A DNA stretch of 64,000 nucleotides from Balanoglossus misakiensis (Eukaryota > Animalia > Hemichordata). A model generated the notes under the pieces. It saw only the letters and a list, made by a program, of their open reading frames with translations, was not told the DNA's origin and did no database searches. The number at the start of each line of letters is the position of its first letter. Positions within the stretch are counted from its first letter, which is position 1. Location of the stretch: the NCBI GenBank assembly GCA_040954595.2, contig CM082586.2:7657337-7721336 (forward strand), in the 5' to 3' direction. A program made the translations under genes and the position numbers. Below are positions 27,901-40,046 of the stretch, one piece after another.

Positions 27901-30900
27901 AAAAAATCATGGGTCATAGCTAATGAAAATCATCAAAAAATGACAATTTTCGACTTTGGGAATTTTCAAAATTTGGCCATTTTTCACAAAAAATCATGGG
28001 TTATAGCTCATGAAAATCATCAAGAAATGACAATTTTTCGACTTTGCGAATTTTCAAAATTTGGCCATTTTTCACAAAAAATCATGGGTCATAGCTCATG
28101 AAAATCATCAAAAAATGACAATTTTCGACTTTGGGAATTTTCAAAATTTGGCCATTTTTCACAAAAAATCATGGGTTATAGCTCATGAAAATCATCAAAG
28201 AATGACAATTTTTCGACTTTGCGAATTTTCAAAATTGGGCTATTTTTCACAAAAAATCATGGGTCATAGCTAATGAAAATCATCAAAAAATGACAATTTT
28301 CGACTTTGGGAATTTTCAAAATTTGGCCATTTTTCACAAAAAATCATGGGTTATAGCTCATGAAAATCATCAAAGAATGACAATTTTTCGACTTTGCGAA
28401 TTTTCAAAATTTGGCCATTTTTCACAAAAAATCATGGGTTATAGCTCATGAAAATCATCAAAGAATGACAATTTTTCGATTTTGGGAATTTTCAAAATTG
28501 GGCCATTTTTCACGAAAAACCATGGGTTATAGCTCATGAAAATCATCAAAGAATGACAATTTTTCGACTTTGCGAATTTTCAAAATTTGGCCATTTTTCA
28601 CAAAAAATCATGGGTTAAAGCTCATGAAAATCATCAAAGAATGACAATTTTTCGACTTTGCGAATTTTCAAAATTTGGCCATTTTTCACAAAAAATCATG
28701 GGTCATAGCTCATGAAAATCATCAAAGAATGACAATTTTGCGACTTTGGGAATTTTCAAAATTGGACCATTTTTCACCGAAAACCATGGGTTATAGCTCA
28801 TGAAAATCATCAAAAAAATGACAATTTTTCGACTTTGCGAATTTTCAAAATTTGGCCATTTTTCACAAAAACTCATGGGTTATAGCTCATGAAAATCATC
28901 AAGAAATGACAATTTTTCGACTTTGCGAATTTTCAAAATTTGGCCATTTTTCACAAAAAATCATGGGTTATAGCTCATGAAAATCTTCCAAAAATGACAA
29001 TTTTTCCATTTTGCGAATTTTCAAAATTTGGCCATTTTTCACAAGAAATCATGGGTTATAGCTTATGAAAATAATCAAAAAATGACAATTTTTCGACTTT
29101 GGGAATTTTCAAAATTGGGCCATTTTTCACGGAAAACCATGGGTTATAGCTCATGAAAATCATCAAAAAATGACAATTTTTCGACTTTGCGAATTTTCAA
29201 AATTTGGCCATTTTTCACAAAAAATCATGGGTTATAGCTCAAGAAAATCATCAAAGAATAACAATTTTTCTACTATGCGAACTTTCAAAATTTGGCCATT
29301 TTTCACAAAAAATCATGGGTCATAGCTCATGAAAATCATCAAAAAATGACAATTTTCGACTTTGGGAATTTTCAAAATTTGGCCATTTTTCACAAAAACT
29401 CATGGGTTATATAGCTCATGAAAATCATCAAGAAATGACAATTTTTCGACTTTGCGAATTTTCAAAATTTGGCCATTTTTCACAAAAAATCATGGGTTAT
29501 AGCTCATGAAAATCTTCCAAAAATGACAATTTTTCCACTTTGCGAATTTTCAAAATTTGGCCATTTTTCACAAGAAATCATGGGTTATAGCTCATGAAAA
29601 TAATCAAAAAATAACAATTTTTCGACTTTGGGAATTTTCAAAATTGGGCCATTTTTCACGGAAAACCATGGGTTATAGCTCATGAAAATCATCAAAAAAT
29701 GACAATTTTTCGACTTTGCGAATTTTCAAAATTTGGCCATTTTTCACAAAAAATCATGGGTTATAGCTCATGAAAATCATCAAAGAATGACAATTTTTCG
29801 ACTTTGCGAACTTTCAAAATTTGGCCTTTTTTTACAAAAAATCATGGGTCATAGCTCATGAAAATCATCAAAAAATGACAATTTTCGACTTTGGGAATTT
29901 TCAAAATTTGGCCATTTTTCACAAAAACTCATGGGTTATAGCTCATGAAAATCATCAAGAAATGACAATTTTTCGACTTTGCGAATTTTCAAAATTGGGC
30001 CGTTTTTCACGGAAAACCATGGGTTATAGCTCATGAAAATCATCAAAAAATGACAATTTTTCGACTTTGCGAATTTTCAAAATTTGGCCATTTTTCACAA
30101 AGAATCATGGGTTATAGCTCATGAAAATCATCAAAGAATGACAATTTTTCGACATTGTGAATTTTCAAAATTTGGCCATTTTTCACAAAAAGCATGGGTT
30201 ATAGCTCATGAAAATCATCAAAGAATGACAATTTTTCGACTTTGCGAATTTTCAAAATTTGGCCATTTTTCACAAAAAATGATGGGTTATAGCTCATGAA
30301 AATCATCAAAGAATGACAATTTTTCGACATTGCGAATTTTCAAAATTTGGCCATTTTTCACGGAAAATCATGGGTTATAGCTCATGAAAATCATCAAAGA
30401 ATGACAATTTTTCGACTTTGCGAATTTTCAAAATTTGGCCATTTTTCACAAAAAATTATGGGTTATAGCTCATGAAAATCATCAAAGAATGACAATTTTT
30501 CGACTTTGCGAATTTTCAAAATTTGGCCATTTTTCACAAAAAATCATGGGTTATAGCTCATGAAAATCATCAAAGAATGAAAATTTTTCGACATTGCGAA
30601 TTTTCAAAATTTGGCCATTTTTCACGGAATACCATGGGTTATAGCTCATGAAAATGATCAAAGAATGACAATTTTTCGACTTTGCGAATTTTCAAAATTT
30701 GGCCATTTTTCACAAAAAATCATGGGTTATAGCTCATGAAAATCATCAAAAAATGACAATTTTTCGACTTTGCGAACTTTCAAAATTTGGCCATTTTTCA
30801 CAAAAAATCATGGGTCATAGCTCATGAAAATCATCAAAAAATGACAATTTTCGACTTTGGGAATTTTCAAAATTTGGCCATTTTTCACAAAAAATCATGG

Positions 30901-31490
30901 GTTATAGCTCATGAAAATCATCAAAAAATGACAATTTTCAAAATTTGGCCATTTTTCACAAAAAATCATGGGTTATAGCTCATGAAAATCTTCCAAAAAT
31001 GACAATTTTTCCACTTTGCGAATTTTCAAAATTTGGCCATTTTTCACAAGAAATCATGGGTTATAGCTCATGAAAATCATCAAAAAATGACAATTTTTCG
31101 ACTTTGGGAATTTTCAAAATTGGGCCATTTTTCACGGAAAACCATGGGTTATAGCTCATGAAAATCATCAAAGAATGACAATTTTTCGACTTTGCGAACT
31201 TTCAAAATTTGGCCATTTTTCACAAAAACTCATGGGTTTTAGCTCATGAAAATCATCAAGAAATGACAATTTTTCGACTTTGCGAATTTTCAAAATTTGG
31301 CCATTTTTCACAAAAAATCATGGGTTATAGCTCATGAAAATCTTCCAAAAATGACAATTTTTCCACTTTGCGAATTTTCAAAATTTGGCCATTTTTCACA
31401 AAATATCATGGGTTATAGCTCATGAAAATCATCAAAGAATGACAATTTTTCGACTTTTCGGCAATTTTTCGGCCATTTTTCACAAAAAAT
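12993..31490. repeat. 88-bp satellite, main block (~18.5 kb, ~210 monomers)
   Basis: Continuous head-to-tail 87-89-bp monomers with recurring single-base variants. Confidence 0.98.
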
Positions 31491-31524
31491 AATGCGAAAA
31501 TCATATAATAAATATCTCAAATAA

Positions 31525-34500
31525 GAAAAAGTCGGAAATTTACCGCACTATATTGCAGCATAACTACAATGATCTTATTTGCACCGCAGCGGTGCGAACT
31601 CTTATTGCAAACTCTTAGTGCAAATAAGAGATCGCACCGCTGCGGTGCAAATAAGAGTTCCCTGCACCGCAACGATCTGACCGTTCTTTATTCACTCCTC
31701 GACGACAAAAACGTTTTATTACGGCCCAAATAATGACTTATTCGCTCCTTCGTTGGTCATGCGGACGGAAAGACACGGTTTTAGCGAAATTATCTTTCTC
31801 TTTCCCGAGCACTACGTATTCAGACTTGCCCAAGTGAACCGCGACAAAAAAAATGACCAAGTTTCCCTGCATGTTTCTTATACCCGACAGATAAAAAATG
31901 CAGCGTAGATATTGAAATGAATTGGATTTATGAAAGTGATAAAAATTACAATGATAATGTCGTTAAAAGTTCTCACAAAAAAAAAGAAATAGAAAAAAAG
32001 TGGTCTCGAACCAACATCAGTTGACACCTTCAGGTAAAAAGTTCAAGCCTTCCTGAACCCTTCGCCATCACGATGTGTACTCGAAAAAGTCGGAAATTTA
32101 CCGCACTATATTGCAGCATAACTACAATGATCTTATTTGCACCGCAGCGGTGCCAACTCTTATATGCACCGCTGCGGTGCAAATAAGTGTTCCCTGCACC
32201 GCAACGATCTGACCGTTCTTTATTCACTCCTCGGCGACAAAAACGTTTTATTACGGCCCAAATAATGACTTATTCGCTCCTTCGTTGGTCATGCGGACGG
32301 AAAGACACGGTTTTAGCGAAATTATCTTTCTCTTTCCCGAGCACTACGTATTCAGACTTGCCCAAGTGAACCGCGACAAAAAAAAATGACCAAGTTTCCC
32401 TGCATGTTTCTTATACCCGACAGATAAAAAATGCAGCGTAGATATTGAAATGAATTGGATTTATGAAAGTGATAAAAATTACAATGATAATGTCGTTAAA
32501 AGTTCTCACAAAAAAAAAGAAATAGAAAAAAGTGGTCTCGAACCAACATCAGTTGACACCTTCAGGTAAAAAGTTCAAGCCTTCCTGAACCCTTCGCCAT
32601 CACGATGTGTACTCGAAAAAGTCGGAAATTTACCGCACTATATTGCAGCATAACTACAATGATCTTATTTGCACCGCAGCGGTGCCAACTCTTATTTGCA
32701 CCGCTGCGGTGCAAATAAGAGATCGCACCGCTGCGGTGCAAATAAGAGTTCCCTGCACCGCAACGATCTGACCGTTCTTTATTCACTCCTCGACGACAAA
32801 AACGTTTTATTACGGCCCAAATAATGACTTATTCGCTCCTTCGTTGGTCATGCGGACGGAAAGACACGGTTTTAGCGAAATTATCTTTCTCTTTCCCGAG
32901 CACTACGTATTCAGACTTGCCCAAGTGAACCGCGACAAAAAAAAAATGACCAAGTTTCCCTGCATGTTTCTTATACCCGACAGATAAAAAATGCAGCGTA
33001 GCTATTGAAATGAATTGGATTTATGAAAATGATAAAAATTACAATGATAATGTCGTTAAAAGTTCTCATTAAAAAAAAGAAATAGAAAAAAAGTGGTCTC
33101 GAACCAACATCAGTTGACACCTTCAGGTAAACGTTCAAGCCTTCCTGAACCCTTCGCCATCACGATGTGTACTCGAAAAAGTCGGAAATTTACCGCACTA
33201 TATTGCAGCATAACTACAATGATCTTATTTGCACCGCAGCGGTGCCAACTCTTATTTGCACCGCTGCGGTGCAAATAAGTGTTCCCTGCACCGCAACGAT
33301 CTGACCGTTCTTTATTCACTCCTCGGCGACAAAAACGTTTTATTACGGCCCAAATAATGAGATATTCGCTCCTTGGTTGGTCATGCGGACGGAAAGACAC
33401 GATTTTAGCGAAATTATCTTTCTCTTTCCTGAGTACTACGTATTCAGACTTGCCCAAGTGAACCGCGAGAAAAAATGACCAAGTTTCCCTGCATGTTTCT
33501 TATACCCGACAGATAAAAAATGCATCGTAGATATTGAAATGAATTGGATTTATGAAAATGATAAAAATTACAATGATAATGTCGTTAAAAGTTCTCACAA
33601 AAAAAAGAAATAGAAAAAAAGTGGTCTCGAACCAACATCAGTTGACACCTTCAGGTAAAAGTTCAAGACTTCCTGAACGCTTCGCCACCACGATGTGTAC
33701 TCGAAAAAGTCGGAAATTTACCGCACTATATTGCAGCATAACTACAATGATCTTATTTGCACCGCAGCGGTGCGAACTCTTATTTGCACCGCTGCGGTGC
33801 AAATAAGTGTTCCCTGCACCGCAACGATCTGACCGTTCTTTATTCACTCCTCGGCGACAAAAACGTTTTATTACGGCCCAAATAATGAGATATTCGCTCC
33901 TTGGTTGGTCATGCGGACGGAAAGACACGGTTTTAGCGAAATTATCTTTCTCTTTCCTGAGTACTACGTATTCAGACTTGCCCAAGTGAACCGCGACAAA
34001 AAAATGACCAAGTTTCCCTGCATGTTTCTTATACTCGACAGATAAAAAATGCAGCGTAGATATTGAAATGAATTTGATTTATGAAAATGATAAAAATTAA
34101 AATGATAATGTCGTTAAAAGTTCTCATAAAAAAAAAGAAATAGAAAAAAAGTGGTCTCGAACCAACATCAGTGGACACCTTCAGGTAAAATTTCAAGCCT
34201 TCCTGAACCCTTCGCCACCACGATGTGTACTCGAAAAAGTCGGAAATTTACCGCACTATATTGCAGCATAACTACAATGATCTTATTTGCACCGCAGCGG
34301 TGCCAACTCTTATTGGCACCGCAGCGGTGCAAATAAGAGTTCCCTGCACCGCAACGATCTGACCGTTTTTTATTCACTCCTCGGCGACAAAAACGTTTTA
34401 TTACGGCCCAAATAATGACTTATTCGCTCCTTAGTTGGTCATGAGGACGGAAAGACACGGTTTTAGCCGAAATTATCTTTCTCTTTCCTGAGCACTACAT

Positions 34501-36753
34501 ATTCAGACTTGCCCAAGTGATCCGCGACAAAAAAAATGACCAAGTTTCCCTGCATGTTTCTTATACCCGACAGATAAAAAATGCAGCGTAGATATTGAAA
34601 TGAATTGGATTTATGAAAATGATAAAAATTACAATGATAATGTCGTTAAAAGTTTTCACAAAAAAAAGAAATAGAAAAAAGTGGTCTCGAACCAACATCA
34701 GTTGACACCTTCAGGTAAAAGTTCAAGCCTTCCTGAACGGTTCGCCACCACGATTTGTACTCGAAAAAGTCGGAAATTTACCGCACTATATTGCAGCATA
34801 ACTACAATGATCTTATTTGCACCGCTGCGGTGCAAATAAGAGTTCCCTGCACCGCAACGATCTGACCGTTCTTTATTCACTCCTCGGCGACAAAAACGTT
34901 TTATTACGGCCCAAATAATGAGATATTCGCTCCTTGGTTGGTCATGCGGACGGAAAGACACGGTTTTAGCGAAATTATCTTTCTCTTTCCTGAGTACTAC
35001 GTATTCAGACTTGCCCAAGTGAACCGCGACAAAAAAAATGACCAAGTTTCCCTGCATGTTTCTTATACTCGACAGATAAAAAATGCAGCGTAGATATTGA
35101 AATGAATTGGATTTATGAAAATGATAAAAATTAAAATGATAATGTCGTTAAAAGTTCTCAAAAAAAAAAGAAATAGAAAAAAGTGGTCTCGAACCAACAT
35201 CAGTTGACACCTTCAGGTAAAAGTTCAAGCCTTCCTGAACGCTTCGCCACCACGATGTGTACTCGAAAAAGTCGGAAATTTACCGCACTATATTGCAGCA
35301 TAACTACAATGATCTTATTTGCACCGCAGCGGTGCGAACTCTTATTTGCACCGCTGCGGTGCAAATAAGTGTTCCCTGCACCGCAACGATCTGACCGTTC
35401 TTTATTCACTCCTCGGCGACAAAAACGTTTTATTACGGCCCAAATAATGACTTATTCGCTCCTTGGTTGGTCATGCGGACGGAAAGACACGGTTTTAGCG
35501 AAATTATCTTTCTCTTTCCTGAGCACTACGTATTCAGACTTGCCCAAGTGAACCGCGACAAAAAAAATGACCAAGTTTCCCTGCATGTTTCTTATACTCG
35601 ACAGATAAAAAATGCAGCGTAGATATTGAAATGAATTGGATTTATGAAAATGATAAAAATTACAATGATAATGTCGTTAAAAGTTCTCACAAAAAAAAGA
35701 AATAGAAAAAAAGTGGTCTCGAACCAACATCAGTTGACACCTTCAGGTAAAAAGTTCAAGCCTTCCTGAACGGTTCGCCACCACGATTTGTACTCGAAAA
35801 AGTCGGAAATTTACCGCACTATATTGCAGCATAACTACAATGATCTTATTTGCACCGCAGCGGTGCCAACTCTTATTTGAACCGCAGCGGTGCAAATAAG
35901 AGATCGCACCGCTGCGGTGCAAATAAGAGTTCCCTGCACCGCAACGATCTGACCGTTCTTTATTCACTCCTCGGCGACAAAAACGTTTTATTACGGCCCA
36001 AATAATGAGATATTCGCTCCTTGGTTGGTCATGCGGACGGAAAGACACGGTTTTAGCGAAATTATCTTTCTCTTTCCTGAGTACTACGTATTCAGACTTG
36101 CCCAAGTGAACCGCGACAAAAAAATGACCAAGTTTCCCTGCATGTTTCTTATACCCGACAGATAAAAAATGCATCGTAGATATTGAAATGAATTGGATTA
36201 ATGAAAATGATAAAAATTACAATGATAATGTCGTTAAAAGTTCTCACAAAAAAAAGAAATAGAAAAAAAGTGGTCTCGAACCAACATCAGTTGACACCTT
36301 CAGGTAAAACTTCAAGCCTTCCTGAACGCTTCGCCACCACGATGTGTACTCGAAAAAGTCGGAAATTTACCGCACTATATTGCAGCATAACTACAATGAT
36401 CTTATTTGCACCGCAGCGGTGCGAACTCTTATTTGCACCGCTGCGGTGCAAATAAGTGTTCCCTGCACCGCAACGATCTGACCGTTCTTTATTCACTCCT
36501 CGGCGACAAAAACGTTTTATTACGGCCCAAATAATGACTTATTCGCTCCTTGGTTGGTCATGCGGACGGAAAGACACGGTTTTAGCGAAATTATCTTTCT
36601 CTTTCCTGAGCACTACGTATTCAGACTTGCCCAAGTGAACCGCGACAAAAAAAATGACCAAGTTTCCCTGCATGTTTCTTATACTCGACAGATAAAAAAT
36701 GCAGCGTAGATATTGAAATGAATTGGATTTATGAAAATGATAAAAATTAAAAA
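31525..36753. repeat. ~530-bp tandem array, left part (~10 units; unit lengths ~502/529/556 bp)
   Basis: gaaaaagtcggaaatttaccgcactatattgcagc recurs at ~31525, 32083, 32615, 33175, 33703, 34233, 34763, 35265, 35796, 36352. Lengths differ by a 27-bp subrepeat. Confidence 0.95.
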
Positions 36754-39700
36754 TATAGCTGCAAGCAGCAATAGCGGGCCCAAGCCAACATATCACATAG
36801 CAACATAGCAATAAGCATATCTGTTCTGGATGCCAAGATATGGTAAAGTAAGTCAAAGGTCACCTGAGTTTATGCAAAATTTGGGCAAGAAAGTTTGACC
36901 CTATACTGGTCCATGTTCAACAGAAACCAAACCTATAACCCTATTGGTTAGCCTGGAATTAGGTATGCACATAATTAATGAGATATGCAGGTGTCACAGG
37001 TGACCCCCAATTTTGCCTTTTCAATTTTAGTCCCAACCCTCCAAACGCCAAGTCTGTACCTGCTGTGGATGCCAAGATCTGGTAAAGTAGGTCAAAGGTC
37101 ACCTGAGGTCATGCAAAATTTGGGCAATAAATTTTGACCCTATACTGGTCCATGTTCAACAAAAACCAAACCTATAGCCCTATTGGTTAGCCTGGAATTA
37201 GGTATGCACATAATTAATGAGATATGCAGGTGTCACAGATGACCCCCAATTTTGGCTTTTCACTTTCAGTCCTAACCCTCCAAACGCCAAGTTTGTACCT
37301 GCTCTGGATACCAAGATATGGTAAAGTAGGTCAAAGGTCACCTGAGGTCATGCAAAATTTAGGCAAGAAATTTTGACCCTATACTGGCCCATGTTCAACA
37401 AAAACCAAACCTATAGCCCTATTGGTTAGCCTGGAATTAGGTATGCACATAATTAATGAGATATGCAGGTGTCACAGGTGACCCCCAATTTTGGCTTTTC
37501 AATTATAGTCCCAACCCTCCAAACGCCATATCTGTACCTGCTCTGGATGCCAAGATTTGGTAAAGTAGGTCAAAGGTCACCTGAGGTCATGCAAAATTTG
37601 GGCAAGAAATTTTGACCCTATACTGCTCCCTGTTCAACAGAAACCAAACCTATAGCCCTATTGGTTAGCCTGGAATTAGGTATGCACATAATTAATGAGG
37701 TAGGCAGGTGTCACAGGTGACCCACAATTTTGGCTTTTCAATTTTAGACCCAACCCTCCAAATGCCAAGTCTGTACCTGCTCTGGATGCCAAGATCTGGT
37801 AAAGTAGGTCAAAGGTCACCTGAAGTCATGCAAAATTTGGGCAAGAAATTTTGACCCTATACTGGTCCCTGTTCAACAAAAACCAAACCTATAGCCCTAT
37901 TGGTTAGCCTGGAATTAGGTATGCACATAATTAATGAGATATGCAGGTGTCACAGGTGAGCCCAAAATTTTGCCTTTTATTTTGGTCCCATTCTGCTCAC
38001 TGGCCAATAGACAGTCACTTTACAGGATCATTGCACAGACCAGAATTCCACAATAAGGCGTGGACATAGCTTAACTATGGAGGTATAAGTAAAGGTATAA
38101 ATTTAATAAAAAAATTAATATAAAAAAATCGGTTGATTTTTCATAGTATTTTTTTTCGCTTAAAATGATTGACAAATGCTAGGCTAGCTGCACAGCAACT
38201 TTGGAATTGATCGGCCGAACAGATTTTGAGATATGTATGTATATTTATCCAAAATAATCTGTGGTCATAGCTTAACTATGTAAAGTATAGGCCCATGGCT
38301 TGGGCGAAAAATATGGAAAATAATACTTAAAAATCTTCTTCTCAAAATTGACATGGCTTATGGCCTTGACATTTGGCATGTAGAACCCTGGCCATATGGT
38401 CCACAAAGAATCTGAACAGAATTTTGATATCTCCATTCATATGCAAATTAGGCCAAATTGAAAATTTTGCCCATAAATGGTCATCAGGTCACATGACTAA
38501 TTACACATTCACAAGGGTACTGCACCAGCTCTCATAGGCCTGCACCATTGTGCCAACTTTGAAATTTGTAGGTTCAGCCGTTTTCAAGATCTAGCTGGAC
38601 AAAAAAACGACACAAGAAGAAGAAGAAGAAGTAGAAGAATATAGCTGCAAGCAGCAATGGCGGGCCCAAGCCAACATAGCACATAGCAACATAGCAATAA
38701 GCATATCTGCTCTGGATGCCAAGATACGGTTAAGTAGGTCAAAGGTCACCTGAGGTCATGCAAAATTTCGGCGCGAAATTTTGACCCTATACTGGTCAAT
38801 GTTCAACAAAAACCAAAACTATAGCCCTATTGGTTAGCCTGGAATTAGGTATGCACATAATTAATGAGGTAGGCAGGTGTCACAGGTGACCCTCAATTTT
38901 GGCTTTTCAATTTTAATCCCAACCCTCCAAACGCCAAGTCTGTACCTGCTCTGGATGCCAAGATCTGGTAAAGTAGGTCAAAGGTCACCTGAGGTCATGC
39001 AACATTTGGGCATGAAATTTTGACCCTATACTGGTCCATGTTCAACAAAAACCAAACCTATAGCCCTATTGGTTAGCCTGGAATTAGGTATGCACATAAT
39101 TAATGAGATATACAGGTGTCACAGGTGACCCCCATTTTGGCTTTTCCATTTTAGTCCCAACCCTCCAAATGCCAAGTTTGTACCTGCTCTGGATGCCGAG
39201 ATAAAGGAAAGTAGGTCAAAGGTCACCTGAGGTCACCCAAAATTTGGGCAAGAAATTTTGACCCTGTACTGGTCCATGTCCCACAAGAACGAAACCTCTA
39301 GCCCTCTTAGTTAGCCCAGAATTAGGTATGCACATAATTAATGAGTTAAGCAGGTGTTACAGGTGAGCCTAAAATGTTGCCTTTTTTTTTTGGTGCCATT
39401 GTGCTCACTGACCAATAGACAGTCACTGCACAGACCAGAATTCCACAATAAGAAATGGACATAGCTTAACCATAGAGGTATAAGTAAAGGTATAAATTTA
39501 ATAAAAAAATTAATATAAAAAAATCGGTCGATTTTTCATATTATTTTTTTTTGCTTAAAATTATTGACACATGCTAGGCTAGCTGCACACTAAAGTTGGA
39601 GATGATCGGCCTAACAGATTTTGAGATATGTATGAATATTTATCCAAAATAATATGTGGTCATAGCTTTACTGTGTAAAGTATAGGCCCATGGCTTGGGC

Positions 39701-40014
39701 GAAAAATATGAAAAATAATACTTAAAAATCTTCTTCTCAAAATTGACATGGCCTATGGCCTTGACATTTGGCATGTAGAACCCTGGCGATATGGTCCACA
39801 AAGTATGTTAACAGAATTTTGATATGGCAATTCATATGCAAATTAGGCTAATTTGAAAATTTTGCCCATATATGGTCATCAGGTCACATGACTAATTACA
39901 CATTCACAAGGGTACTGCACCAGCTCTCATAGGCCTGCACCATTGTGCCAAATGTGAGATTTGTAGGGTCAGCCGTTTTCAAGATCTAGCTGGACAAAAA
40001 AACGACACAAGAAG

Positions 40015-40046
<32 letters not shown>

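Noticed and set aside
5933-30978. Many near-identical 60-100 aa ORFs (MAIFHKKSWVIAHENHQ...)
   Set aside because: They are translations of the 88-bp satellite. The monomer is not a multiple of 3, and frames open only where 1-bp deletions occur.
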